A program made the translations under genes and the position numbers. Positions 15,552 through 24,528 of a stretch of DNA of 42,351 nucleotides are shown piece by piece. Under the pieces are notes generated by a model that saw only the letters and a program-made list of their open reading frames with translations, did not search any database and was not told the DNA's origin. Each line of letters begins with the position of its first letter. Within the stretch, counting starts at the first letter, position 1. This DNA is from Escherichia phage vB_EcoM-ep3, in sequence record NC_025430.1. One strand, written 5' to 3'.

Positions 15552-15715
15552 AAATATTTTCACGCACGACGCAAATAATGCTTGACATCAGCCGAAGTCG
15601 AAAAAGTCAAGGTACTTCCGAGGGGGGTACAGCCTGCGGGGGCATTGGTCCCGCCTAATTCGCGTTGTGCGTGGATAATCAAAATCGATTTTAGCATTAG
15701 ATAAGGCGGCATTAA

Positions 15716-16240
15716 TTGGCTAAAACAATAAAAGGCCGAACAGTAAACCGCAGCGGCCTGGCGGAAGTTTTCGGGGTAGCACCGCCAACAGTTGACCAGT
15801 GGCGAAAAGACGGCGCGCCCTACGTAACACTTGGCGGGCGTGGTAAAGAATGGGAGTACGACACCGCGCAGGTGGCGGCCTGGTTGCGTGAACGCGATGT
15901 GAAGGCGGCCACCGGCGACGTGATGGCGGATGAAACGGAATTGAAGCGCCGCAAGCTGGCAGCCGAAACCGAAAAAGCAGAACTGGAACTGGCCAAAGCC
16001 AAAGGCGAAGTGGCACCACTGGACCAGGTTGAACGCGCCGTTGCCCGCGCCTTCGCGGAAGTGCGCGCCGGGATGCGCAACCTGCCACAGCGCACCGTTT
16101 CAATGCTTATCGGTGAAACCGATGAACGCCGGTTCAAATCGGTGATGATGGGCGAAATTGACGAAGTGCTGAAATCACTGGTGACCGCTTCCCTGCTGGA
16201 TGGCTATGACGAAGGGGGCGACGGTGACAGCGAAGAATAA
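15716..16240 (+). CDS. Terminase small subunit (lambda Nu1-like)
   Basis: TTG start. VNRSGLAEVFGVAPPTVDQWRKDGAPYVTLGGRGKEWEYDTAQVAAWLRERD aligns closely with the lambda Nu1 N-terminal winged HTH (VNKKQLADIFGASIRTIQNWQEQGMPV..GGGKGNEVLYDSAAVIKWYAERD). Confidence 0.85.
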   Translation: MAKTIKGRTVNRSGLAEVFGVAPPTVDQWRKDGAPYVTLGGRGKEWEYDTAQVAAWLRERDVKAATGDVMADETELKRRKLAAETEKAELELAKAKGEVAPLDQVERAVARAFAEVRAGMRNLPQRTVSMLIGETDERRFKSVMMGEIDEVLKSLVTASLLDGYDEGGDGDSEE

Positions 16241-18248
16241 CCCGTTTGCCAACATTGAAGGCATTGACCAGGCTATCCGGCGCGCACAACAACAATTGTT
16301 GCCGCCGCCAGACATGAAGCCGTCAGAGTGGGCGCAGGCTAATATCCGCATTCCGTCTGGCAACGCCGTGCCAGGACCGCTGCGCCTGGATAACGCGCCA
16401 TACCAGCGCGAACCAATGGACATGCTGGTTGACCCTGATTGCTACCGTGTAACGCTGATGTGGGGCGCGCAGGTGGGCAAAACCATGCTGGCACTGTGCG
16501 TGCAGGCGTACAGCGTAGCCGCTGAACCGCGCAGCCAGATGATGATGCAGCCAAGCCAGGATGACTTGCGCACCTGGCTGGAAACGAAATTCAACCCTCT
16601 GGCGGAAGAATGCGCGCCGGTAAACAACGCCATTGCCAAACCGCGTGGCCGCGACGGGGTGAACAACCAGAAAATGAAATCATACCCTGGCGGGTTCTTG
16701 ATGTTCGCCTGGTCCGGTTCGCCAAAGACCATGCGCGGGCGTTCAGCGCCGCTGATTGTATGTGACGAGGTAGACGGATATGAACGAACCAGCGAAGGGC
16801 ACCCGGTTGGCCTGCTGTGGCAGCGTTCTGCCACCTTCGGTGACCAGCGGTTTTTGCTGGAAATCAGCACCCCTACCCTTAAAGGTGAATCGTACATCGA
16901 AAAAGCGTATGAAATGGGCGACCAGCGGCACTTCTTTGTTTGCTGCCCGCACTGTGACGATCACGTTACGCTTGAATGGGAAAACGTCAAATGGGATGGC
17001 CAGCGGGAAACTGACGCGGAAACGCTGGCGGCCATCGAAGAACAGAAGCCGGAAACAGCGCACCTGTATTGCCCATCGTGCGGCGCGCAGTGGAATGACG
17101 GCGAACGGATAGCGGCTATCCGTCAGGCCGAAGAAAAGGGCGCAGGCTGGAAGGCGTCCAGGCCGTTTGAAGGGCACGCAAGCTACCACCTGAACGAACT
17201 ATACAGCACATTCCGCAAAGTACCGGCCATCGTGCGTGACTACCTGGACAAGCTGAAAACGGACGACCTGCAAACCTTCACCAACGTCAGCCTGGCGCGC
17301 ACCTGGGAAGAAGAAGGCGACAAGGTTGACCCGGATTCACTGATGGCACGCCGCGAGGAATACGCCGCGCAGGTGCCTGCTGGTGGGCTGTATATCACCG
17401 CAGGCATAGACATGCAGGTTGACCGCCTGGAATGTGAGGTGGTGGCCTGGGGCGTTGGTGAAGAATCCTGGTCATTGGGTTACCACGTCCTGTGGGGCGA
17501 CCCTCTGACGCCAGATCCGTGGGATGCGCTTGATGACCTGCTGGCGGAAACCTACCAGCACGAAACCGGCGCAGTGCTGCCGATCATGGCCGCCTGCCTG
17601 GATACCGGCGGCACCAGCGGTTACACGCAGGCCGCCTATGACTACGCCAGAGGGCGCACAGGCCGCCGCCTGTTTGCCATCAAAGGAGTGGGCGGTTGGG
17701 GTCGTCCTATCGTGGAGAAGCCGCAGCGCAAGCAATCCGGGAAGGATGCCCGCAAAGTGGATTTATTCCTGGTGGGCACCGATGAAGCCAAGCTGATAAC
17801 TGCACGCCGTTTAAACAAGACGGCACCGGGGCCAGGTTATTGCCACTTCCCTGCTGACCGCGATGAAGAATGGTTTAAGCAAATCACCGCTGAAAAGCTG
17901 ACCATGCGTTACGTGAAGGGCCAGCCAATCCGCGAGTGGAAGAAACCCGACCGGGCGCGCAACGAAGCACTGGACTGCCGCAACTATGCGCTGGCCGCGC
18001 TTAAAATCATGCAGCCGTCATTCCGCCGCCTGGCTGAAAAGTTTGGCGTAGCGAACGACAACGCGCCACCGGAACGCCGCAAGCGGCTTCCGAACGTCAA
18101 ACCCATCGTGAAACCGGTGGAAGTGCCGCAACCGGCCAATGACAAACCCCAAGAAGAAGAAAAACAGCAAGTCACAGAGACTAAGCCCATTAAACGTTCC
18201 GCCAGGGCATCCAAACGCCGTGGCGGTGGATGGGTTAGCCGCTGGTGA
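16200..18248 (+). CDS. Terminase large subunit (lambda gpA family)
   Basis: 682 aa with a gpA-like N-terminus (PSEWAQANIRIPSGNAVPGPLRLDNAPYQREPMD). An alternative in-frame GTG start at 16224 lies behind AAGGGGG. Confidence 0.9.
   Translation: MAMTKGATVTAKNNPFANIEGIDQAIRRAQQQLLPPPDMKPSEWAQANIRIPSGNAVPGPLRLDNAPYQREPMDMLVDPDCYRVTLMWGAQVGKTMLALCVQAYSVAAEPRSQMMMQPSQDDLRTWLETKFNPLAEECAPVNNAIAKPRGRDGVNNQKMKSYPGGFLMFAWSGSPKTMRGRSAPLIVCDEVDGYERTSEGHPVGLLWQRSATFGDQRFLLEISTPTLKGESYIEKAYEMGDQRHFFVCCPHCDDHVTLEWENVKWDGQRETDAETLAAIEEQKPETAHLYCPSCGAQWNDGERIAAIRQAEEKGAGWKASRPFEGHASYHLNELYSTFRKVPAIVRDYLDKLKTDDLQTFTNVSLARTWEEEGDKVDPDSLMARREEYAAQVPAGGLYITAGIDMQVDRLECEVVAWGVGEESWSLGYHVLWGDPLTPDPWDALDDLLAETYQHETGAVLPIMAACLDTGGTSGYTQAAYDYARGRTGRRLFAIKGVGGWGRPIVEKPQRKQSGKDARKVDLFLVGTDEAKLITARRLNKTAPGPGYCHFPADRDEEWFKQITAEKLTMRYVKGQPIREWKKPDRARNEALDCRNYALAALKIMQPSFRRLAEKFGVANDNAPPERRKRLPNVKPIVKPVEVPQPANDKPQEEEKQQVTETKPIKRSARASKRRGGGWVSRW
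18141..18157 (+). promoter_or_regulatory. Late-motif copy 2 (exact GACAAACCCCAAGAAGA)
   Basis: Inside the terL 3' end, where it encodes DKPQEE. GAGACT follows 19 nt downstream (18177-18182). It ends 97 nt before the next gene start at 18255. Confidence 0.5.
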
Positions 18249-18254
18249 TAAATA

Positions 18255-18794
18255 GTGAAAAACTGCCAAGTACCGCAGAAAATTACTGCTGGATTGACAT
18301 TTGAGACGCGCCTGACGCTTCCCGGCTATCCTGCAACTGAATGGGCTGTTCAGCTACTGCTGCGCGGCCCGCAGTCAATTAACATCAACGCCGTCGCTGA
18401 TGGTAACGATCACGTCATCCGCGCAGCCGCTGGCGTCACTGCAACGTGGCCAGCAGGCGATTACTGGTATTCGCTGCGCGCGACCAAAGGCGATGACGTT
18501 ATGGAGGCCGGAAACGGCCAGATTACCATCCTGCCAGACCTGGCCAGCGCCAGTGATGGATTTAACGGGAAAACTCACGCGCAACGCACCCTGGAAGCCA
18601 TTGAAGCGGTCATAGAGAAGCGCGCGACAATGGACCAGGAACGCTACCGCATCAATAACCGCGAGTTATATCGCACCCCGATTGCGGATTTGCTGAAACT
18701 GCGCGACTTGTACCGCCTGGAAGTAGCACGCGAAAAACAGGCGCAGTGCGGCAAAAACCCGTTCGGGCGTAAAGTTCGGGTGAGCCTTCGCTGA
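18255..18794 (+). CDS. Head-tail joining protein, gpW-like C-terminal domain with N-terminal extension
   Basis: GTG start after a GGTGA RBS. The C-terminus TLEAIEAVIEKRATMDQERYRINNRELYRTPIADLLKLRDLYRLEV resembles lambda gpW. Its position between terL and the portal gene matches lambda. Confidence 0.5.
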   Translation: MKNCQVPQKITAGLTFETRLTLPGYPATEWAVQLLLRGPQSININAVADGNDHVIRAAAGVTATWPAGDYWYSLRATKGDDVMEAGNGQITILPDLASASDGFNGKTHAQRTLEAIEAVIEKRATMDQERYRINNRELYRTPIADLLKLRDLYRLEVAREKQAQCGKNPFGRKVRVSLR

Positions 18795-20350
18795 TGAAAC
18801 TGTGGCCATTTACCAGAAACAAGCCTGCCGAACAGGCACAACAGCCGCGCACGCGGCGTTTACCGCTTAACCGCCTGGCGTCCCGTATGTTTACCGGTGC
18901 CAGTGTTGACCGTTTTGGCACCGCGTGGGGTACACAGCCGCTGACGGCTGATGAAGTCATTACCAAAAATCAACGCATCCTGGTGGCCCGTTCCCGCGAA
19001 CAGGCCGCCAACAATGATTATGCCAAAAAGTTCCTGCGTCTGTGCCGCACAAACATTGTGGGGCCAAAAGGCGTTCTGTTGCAGGCAAAAAGCCAGGATA
19101 ACACCGGAAAACTGGACACCCTGGCGAATGAAGCCATTGAACTGGCGTTTGACGCATGGGGCAAAAAGACCAACTGTGACGTGACCGGTAAGTTGTCCTG
19201 GCGCGCCATCCAGGCCGCCTGCGTCAACAGCGTGGCCAAAGACGGTGAATTCTTCGTGCGCCTGGTGTTTGGGGCTGACGCAGGGCCGTGGGGCTTCTCG
19301 CTGCAACTGCTGGACCCGCAACGCTGTCCTGTGGACATGGTTGAAGATCGACTGCCAAACGGAAATTTCATCCGCCAGGGAATCGAGTTTAACCGATACG
19401 GGCGGCCTATCGCGTATTATTTCAGCACAGTTGATGAATCGGATGAAAACTACCGTTGGGCTGGGCGTGACTTCGTGCGCGTGCCTGCGGATGAAATCCT
19501 GCACGGTTTCTTTGATGACATGGTGGGCCAGAAACGCGGCCTGCCCTGGATGGCCACCAGCCTGTTTCGTATGCGCCACCTGGGCGGCATGGAAGAAGCC
19601 GCACTGGTCAACGCGCGAGCAGGTGCCAACAAAATGGGGTTCATCGAATGGGATGAAAACGGCGCTGGACCTGAATTCGACGATGAAGACGAACTGATCA
19701 TTGACAGTGAACCGGGTGAATTCCAGGTGCTGCCACAGGGCGCACGCATCAAAGACTGGTCACCGCAATACCCCAACGGCGAATTTGCCGTGTTCACCAA
19801 ACAGATGCTGCGCGGCATGGCTTCTGGCATGGGCGTGGCTTACAACAACCTGGCCAACGACCTGGAAGGCGTCAATTTCAGTTCCATCCGACAGGGCACG
19901 CTTGACGAGCGCGAAAGCTGGAAGGAATTGCAGGAATGGCTAATCGAAAACCTGCACCAGCCTGTTTTTGACGCCTGGCTGCCGCGCGCCCTGCTGTCTG
20001 GACGCATCACGGTGAAAGGCCGCAGCCTGAAACCGGAACGCATAGACCGTTACAGCAATATTGAATGGCAGCCACGCCGTTGGGCCTGGATTGACCCGTC
20101 ATCTGACGTGGAAGCGGCTGAAAAATCAAAAAACAACATGCTGCAATCGCCTGGCCGCATCATCCGTGAAGGTGGCAGCGACCCTGACACCGTTTGGAAG
20201 GAAACCGCTAGCGACGTGGCACGCATGATTGAGGCGTACACGCAGCACGGTATCAGCCGAGAAATGGCGGAAAAACTGGTCATGCAAAGCATGGGCATGG
20301 ACAAAACACTGTTAATGGGGCAGCAAAATGCAGAAAAACCTGCTGAATAG
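18794..20350 (+). CDS. Portal protein (lambda gpB family)
   Basis: 518 aa with a TGATG overlap to the upstream gene. The size, position and overall sequence pattern are typical of lambda-family portals. Confidence 0.85.
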   Translation: MKLWPFTRNKPAEQAQQPRTRRLPLNRLASRMFTGASVDRFGTAWGTQPLTADEVITKNQRILVARSREQAANNDYAKKFLRLCRTNIVGPKGVLLQAKSQDNTGKLDTLANEAIELAFDAWGKKTNCDVTGKLSWRAIQAACVNSVAKDGEFFVRLVFGADAGPWGFSLQLLDPQRCPVDMVEDRLPNGNFIRQGIEFNRYGRPIAYYFSTVDESDENYRWAGRDFVRVPADEILHGFFDDMVGQKRGLPWMATSLFRMRHLGGMEEAALVNARAGANKMGFIEWDENGAGPEFDDEDELIIDSEPGEFQVLPQGARIKDWSPQYPNGEFAVFTKQMLRGMASGMGVAYNNLANDLEGVNFSSIRQGTLDERESWKELQEWLIENLHQPVFDAWLPRALLSGRITVKGRSLKPERIDRYSNIEWQPRRWAWIDPSSDVEAAEKSKNNMLQSPGRIIREGGSDPDTVWKETASDVARMIEAYTQHGISREMAEKLVMQSMGMDKTLLMGQQNAEKPAE

Positions 20351-22376
20351 CATCATTGGGGCCGAATTTACCCGCAAATCAGACAGCAAAACGCTGCCTG
20401 ATTTCAACAAAGGCGGGCTGGTGCGCACTATGGAAGTGCGCAAGTTTGACACCGAAAAACGCACCGTAGAACTGGCGTTTTCCTCCGAAATCGAGGTTGA
20501 ACGCTGGTACGGTATCGAAATTCTGGACCATTCGCCGGAAAGCGTGCGCCTGGACCGTCTGCGTGACGGTGGGGCGCTGCTGGTTGACCACGATTGGACT
20601 GACCAGGTGGGCGTTGTTGAATCCGTCAGCATTGACGCTGACCGCCGGGGGCGGGCTGTGGTGCGCTTTGGCCGAAGTGCACGCGCTGACGAGATTTTCC
20701 AGGACATCGTTGACGGCATTCGCAAGCATGTTTCCGTTGGCTACCGCGTGTTAGCGGCCAAGCTACAGGAAACGCGTGACGAGTGGCAGGATGTCTACCG
20801 CATCACTGAATGGGAACCGTTCGAAATTTCAATTGTGAGCGTTCCCGCTGACACCAGCGTTGGCATTGGGCGTGCGTTTGACAAACCCCAAGAAGAACAA
20901 CGCGGCATCAAATCCGATACTGCGGGCACCGTAGAGGTTCCAGCACCAAAAAAATCATTTGAGGATTCACGAATGTTAGAAAAAATTCTGCGCGACGCTG
21001 CCGGTAACCTGGTGCGCGCGATGGTAGACGAGAAAGGCAACATCACGCAGGTTCTGGAAATGCTGGAACGTGCTGGCGATGATGCGCGCAACGCTGAACA
21101 GCGTGGCCGTGAAGCGGAAAAGGCGCGCGTGCGTTCCATCACTGAAATGGGCGAGAAGTACAACGCACGTGACCTGGCTTTGAAAGCTATTGGCGAAGGC
21201 ACCACCGCCGAAGATTTCCAGCGTTCCTTGCTGGACCACCTGAACAAGCCGAAAGACCCGGCACAACCGGCTGATGACACCCGTTCCGGCAGCAAGCCGC
21301 TGTCAGAAATGCCGTCCAGCGTGATTGGTATGTCTGACAAAGACATCCGCCGCTATAGCATTTTCAACGTGGTTCGCGCGCTGGCTAACCCGAACGATGC
21401 AGCCGCACAGCGTGCCGCAGCGTTTGAAATCGAATGCAGCCACGCAGCGCAACAGCAGTATGGCCGCAGTGCAAAAGGCATCCTGATCCCTGACGATGTT
21501 CTGCGCGCATTCAACGCTGGTGGCGCACCGAACACCCCGACAGGTGCACAGACCGGTTCCAACCTGGTTGGCACTGACTTTATGGCCAGTTCGTTCATCG
21601 ACCTGCTGCGCCCGCGTACCACCATCATGCGCCTGGCGCGTACTATGGGCGGCCTGGTTGGCAACGTTGAAATTCCGAAACAGACTGGCGGCGCTACTGC
21701 CTACTGGATTGGTGAAGGTGATGACGCAACCGAAACCACGCCGACCATCGGCCAGCTTAGTTTGTCACCGAAAACCGTTGCGGCTTACACCGACATTACC
21801 CGCCGCCTGCTGATGCAATCCACCCCGGATGCGGAAGCTATCGTGCGCGGTGACCTGGTGGCAGCTATCGCGCAGGCGATTGATTACGCTGGCTACTACG
21901 GCACCGGCACCAGCAACCAGCCGCTGGGTCTGGCGAACTACACCGGCATTAATGCGGTAGACTTCGCAGCAGCCAACCCGACTTATGCGGAACTGGTGCA
22001 GATGGAAACCGAAATCGCGGCTGACAACGCTGACGTGAACAACATGGCATATGTGCTGAACGCGCGTGGCCGTGGTGCAGCGAAAACCACGCCGAAGTTT
22101 GCCAGTGGTTCTTCCGTGGCTGACGCTGGCGTGATTTGGGAACCGGGCAACACCCTGAACGGTTACCGCGCCGAAGTTACCAACCAGGTTCAGGATGGTG
22201 ACGTGTTCTTTGGCAACTTCGCTGACTTGGTTGTTGGTATGTGGGGCGGCCTGGACATGACGGTTGACCCGTATAGCCTGAGCAAATCCGGTGGCCTGCG
22301 CATCGTGGTATTCCAGGACGTGGATTTTGCGGTGCGCCGCGTTGAATCCTTCTGCCTGGGCCGCAACGCAGCATAA
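20328..22376 (+). CDS. Prohead serine protease (HK97 S78 type) fused in frame to scaffold-like linker and HK97-fold major capsid protein
   Basis: 682 aa. The N-terminal ~185 aa is protease-like (RTVELAFSSEIEVERWYG...HDWTDQVGVVES...ISIVSVPAD). A coiled-coil region follows, then a C-terminal MCP pattern (GSNLVGTDFMASSFIDLLRPRTTIMRLA...AYWIGEGD). Confidence 0.8.
   Translation: MQKNLLNSIIGAEFTRKSDSKTLPDFNKGGLVRTMEVRKFDTEKRTVELAFSSEIEVERWYGIEILDHSPESVRLDRLRDGGALLVDHDWTDQVGVVESVSIDADRRGRAVVRFGRSARADEIFQDIVDGIRKHVSVGYRVLAAKLQETRDEWQDVYRITEWEPFEISIVSVPADTSVGIGRAFDKPQEEQRGIKSDTAGTVEVPAPKKSFEDSRMLEKILRDAAGNLVRAMVDEKGNITQVLEMLERAGDDARNAEQRGREAEKARVRSITEMGEKYNARDLALKAIGEGTTAEDFQRSLLDHLNKPKDPAQPADDTRSGSKPLSEMPSSVIGMSDKDIRRYSIFNVVRALANPNDAAAQRAAAFEIECSHAAQQQYGRSAKGILIPDDVLRAFNAGGAPNTPTGAQTGSNLVGTDFMASSFIDLLRPRTTIMRLARTMGGLVGNVEIPKQTGGATAYWIGEGDDATETTPTIGQLSLSPKTVAAYTDITRRLLMQSTPDAEAIVRGDLVAAIAQAIDYAGYYGTGTSNQPLGLANYTGINAVDFAAANPTYAELVQMETEIAADNADVNNMAYVLNARGRGAAKTTPKFASGSSVADAGVIWEPGNTLNGYRAEVTNQVQDGDVFFGNFADLVVGMWGGLDMTVDPYSLSKSGGLRIVVFQDVDFAVRRVESFCLGRNAA
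20880..20896 (+). promoter_or_regulatory. Late-motif copy 3 (exact GACAAACCCCAAGAAGA)
   Basis: At the protease/linker junction, where it encodes DKPQEE. GATACT follows 19 nt downstream (20916-20921). It ends 76 nt before the internal ATG at 20973. Confidence 0.5.
20973..22376 (+). CDS. Possible nested in-frame product: scaffold(delta)-major capsid protein from an internal start
   Basis: ATG 20973 lies 7 nt after a GAGGA RBS inside the fusion ORF. The product would begin MLEKILRDAAGNLVRAMVDEKGN..., a coiled-coil delta-domain-like N-terminus. Confidence 0.45.
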   Translation: MLEKILRDAAGNLVRAMVDEKGNITQVLEMLERAGDDARNAEQRGREAEKARVRSITEMGEKYNARDLALKAIGEGTTAEDFQRSLLDHLNKPKDPAQPADDTRSGSKPLSEMPSSVIGMSDKDIRRYSIFNVVRALANPNDAAAQRAAAFEIECSHAAQQQYGRSAKGILIPDDVLRAFNAGGAPNTPTGAQTGSNLVGTDFMASSFIDLLRPRTTIMRLARTMGGLVGNVEIPKQTGGATAYWIGEGDDATETTPTIGQLSLSPKTVAAYTDITRRLLMQSTPDAEAIVRGDLVAAIAQAIDYAGYYGTGTSNQPLGLANYTGINAVDFAAANPTYAELVQMETEIAADNADVNNMAYVLNARGRGAAKTTPKFASGSSVADAGVIWEPGNTLNGYRAEVTNQVQDGDVFFGNFADLVVGMWGGLDMTVDPYSLSKSGGLRIVVFQDVDFAVRRVESFCLGRNAA

Positions 22377-22381
22377 TGAAC

Positions 22382-22401
22382 ATGGCCGCTTCGGCGGCCA
22401 T
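22382..22401 (+). terminator. GC-rich hairpin after the capsid gene (attenuator or mRNA stabiliser; no T-run)
   Basis: ATGGCCGC-TTCG-GCGGCCAT, 5 nt after the capsid stop codon. Confidence 0.4.
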
Positions 22402-22427
22402 AGTCTTATCTGACAGGAGAAGTTTTT

Positions 22428-22730
22428 ATGTCTGGTACTTATGTACTGAAATTGACTTCCGCTATTGCTATCAGCGGCGAAGTCATGAAAGCGGGTTCAC
22501 TGGTTGAGGTTTCAGAGCTTGAGGCTAAAAACCTGTTGTCGCGCGGCAAGGCAGAGATGCACGACGAACAACCAGCACGTGATGACGATGTTGAAATCAC
22601 GAAAATGAACAAAGATCAGCTTATCGCTATTGCAGAGCAGATGGAAATTGAAGGCGCTGACAAGATGACCAAAGCGCAGTTGATTGAAGCCATCGAAGCC
22701 GCAGGCGAAATCAAAGAGGGTGACGAATAA
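22428..22730 (+). CDS. Hypothetical head-module protein with two Rho_N/SAP-like helical repeats
   Basis: 100 aa with an AGGAGA RBS. The repeats are MNKDQLIAIAEQMEIEG and MTKAQLIEAIEAAGEI. Confidence 0.55.
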   Translation: MSGTYVLKLTSAIAISGEVMKAGSLVEVSELEAKNLLSRGKAEMHDEQPARDDDVEITKMNKDQLIAIAEQMEIEGADKMTKAQLIEAIEAAGEIKEGDE

Positions 22731-23086
22731 TGCAACACGGCACATCTGTAACGGTTCTGGCCGCACCAGCAACAATCACAGCCAGCGGCAACGGTTCAGC
22801 CGTCAACGTTGGTGATTATCATGGCCTGTGCCTGCTTCACCTTAACGGCATCGGCACTGCTGGCACCACCACTGTAAGCCTGCAACACAGTGATGACGGT
22901 TCAACCAATTGGGCTGACGTACCCAACACCACTTTTGCGCAGATCAGCACCGCAGCTAAGGCTGACACGATCCTGTTTAATGCTGACCGATTCAAAAAAT
23001 TTGTCCGCGTGAAGGATGTTTCAGCCAGTTCCGGTTCGGCAATCCGCAGCGTTGTGCTGGTTGGCAATAAGCGGGAATCACAGTAA
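22730..23086 (+). CDS. Hypothetical head/connector-module protein
   Basis: 118 aa with a TAATG overlap to the upstream gene. It is Thr/Ser/Ala-rich and looks beta-rich. Confidence 0.55.
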   Translation: MQHGTSVTVLAAPATITASGNGSAVNVGDYHGLCLLHLNGIGTAGTTTVSLQHSDDGSTNWADVPNTTFAQISTAAKADTILFNADRFKKFVRVKDVSASSGSAIRSVVLVGNKRESQ

Positions 23087-23418
23087 TGCCCGCGCCGTCC
23101 TGGGAAAACCTGGACGACTTTTTTGACCTTGACACCAACGGCGGGTTTGCATTTCCCGCCGTTATTCATTCGCAAAAAGGTTGGACCAGAACAATTAACG
23201 CCATCTTTGATGACCCCTACTTCAACGCGCAAATAGGCGAGTATGAAGCGGACACCAGCAGCCCGCGAATCACGGCAAAGGAATCTGACCTGGCTGGCAT
23301 CCTGCGTGGTGACACAATCATTGTGGCCGGTGAAACCTTCGATGTGCTGGCATCCCCTGAACAGGATGGCACAGGCACTGCCGTTGTGAGGATGACGCGC
23401 CAAGATGCTGCATTTTGA
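23086..23418 (+). CDS. Head-tail joining protein (lambda gpFII-like)
   Basis: 110 aa. INAIFDDPYFNAQIGEYEADTSSPRITAKESDLAGILRGDTIIVAGETFDV...DGTG parallels lambda FII (IRGVFDDPENISYAG...SSPSLFVRTDEV..LRRGDTL...F.V...DDGG). Confidence 0.55.
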   Translation: MPAPSWENLDDFFDLDTNGGFAFPAVIHSQKGWTRTINAIFDDPYFNAQIGEYEADTSSPRITAKESDLAGILRGDTIIVAGETFDVLASPEQDGTGTAVVRMTRQDAAF

Positions 23419-23959
23419 CCTGGATTGGCAACAACTGCGCGGCGTGGCTACTGAACTGGAAGCCAGTGAAAAGCAGTTCAAAGCCGCATTAAGCCGCGCT
23501 TGCAACCGCACGGCGGCCACCCTGCGCAAAATGTCTGGCCGTGGCCTGAAAGATGAACTGCAACTGCGCACGATGGCGGCTATGCGCAAGCGCCTAAAAT
23601 CCATCAGGCTGCGCACGCGCCAACAGGGCGTTGTGTTGTGGTACGGCTTAAATGATTTGCCGGTGAGTAGCTTTAAGGGCCGCGCCAAGCAGACCAGCGA
23701 CGGTGCCACGTTCCGTGACCAGAAGTTTGACGGCGCATTTGTGGGCCGCAGCACGGTGAAAGGCAAACGTACAGTGTTTAAACGCGCTGGAAAAGCACGC
23801 CTGCCCATCACTGAACAGTTGATGCCCATTAAGGACAAAGCCGAAATTTTCATTGAAGATGAAATATTCACGCAGGTTGAAGAAATATTCTGGAAGCACT
23901 TCGAACGCGATATTAAAGCGCGCGTCAAATACTTTGAAACATCCGACAGGTGGGCATAA
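23405..23959 (+). CDS. Tail completion / minor tail protein Z-like
   Basis: 184 aa. The basic central region (LKSIRLRTRQQGVVLWYGLNDLPVSSFKGRAKQ...KRTVFKRAGKARLPI) resembles lambda gpZ-family proteins. Confidence 0.45.
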   Translation: MLHFDLDWQQLRGVATELEASEKQFKAALSRACNRTAATLRKMSGRGLKDELQLRTMAAMRKRLKSIRLRTRQQGVVLWYGLNDLPVSSFKGRAKQTSDGATFRDQKFDGAFVGRSTVKGKRTVFKRAGKARLPITEQLMPIKDKAEIFIEDEIFTQVEEIFWKHFERDIKARVKYFETSDRWA

Positions 23960-24528
23960 TGAACGCCGATACTCACATTGATTTAGAAGTGCTGCACAGC
24001 GCCATTGTGGCCGACATCAAAGCAGCATTCCCGCAACTGGTCACCGTGGAGTTTTACCAGGATGACCCGGAAGCGCGCAAAACGCTGCCAATTCCCGCCT
24101 GCCTGCTGACCATCAGCGAACTGGAGGCAGACAACGAGATTGACCCCGGCACGGAACAGTTGGCCGTTGTGGCGACGTTTGAGGCGCATTTCATCATTAA
24201 CAGCATCAGGACACCCCGCGCCGCCCTGGCCATCAGGACGCTGGCCGCTGCCTTCATGGCCTGGCTGCGCAAGCGCCGCTGGACCAACCCGGCAGACCCC
24301 GCCAGGAAGCTGCCCACAGGGACAGCCAACGTGGTTGGCGGCTTCCCTGACGACTTCACCCCGGAACTGGACAAATTCGAGGTGTGGCGCGTGGAGTGGC
24401 AGCAAGTCATCCACCTGGGCGAAAGCGTGTGGAACGATGAAGGCATAACCCCATCAGAGGTTTATTTCAGTTGGTTGCCTGAAATTGGCACCGGCAACGA
24501 AGAAGATTACGAGAAGGTGAACCCATGA
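23959..24528 (+). CDS. Hypothetical tail-completion-module protein
   Basis: The start is placed at ATG 23959 (TAATG overlap, AGGTGG RBS). The ORF-track GTG at 23950 is an alternative. Confidence 0.5.
   Translation: MNADTHIDLEVLHSAIVADIKAAFPQLVTVEFYQDDPEARKTLPIPACLLTISELEADNEIDPGTEQLAVVATFEAHFIINSIRTPRAALAIRTLAAAFMAWLRKRRWTNPADPARKLPTGTANVVGGFPDDFTPELDKFEVWRVEWQQVIHLGESVWNDEGITPSEVYFSWLPEIGTGNEEDYEKVNP

Noticed and set aside
15669-15679. DnaA-box-like CGTGGATAA as evidence for an origin
   Set aside because: It is a single 8/9 match with no cluster and no adjacent A/T-rich unwinding element. It is insufficient evidence on its own.
18860-19579. 239-codon minus-strand ORF
   Set aside because: It is antisense to the portal gene, has no RBS and has biased composition. 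It is a shadow ORF.
22837-23976. 379-codon minus-strand ORF, one of the longest in the track
   Set aside because: It is antisense to four well-supported, translationally coupled plus-strand head-tail genes. The product is Ser/Arg/Cys-rich and low-complexity, and there is no RBS. It is a typical shadow ORF of G+C-rich coding DNA.
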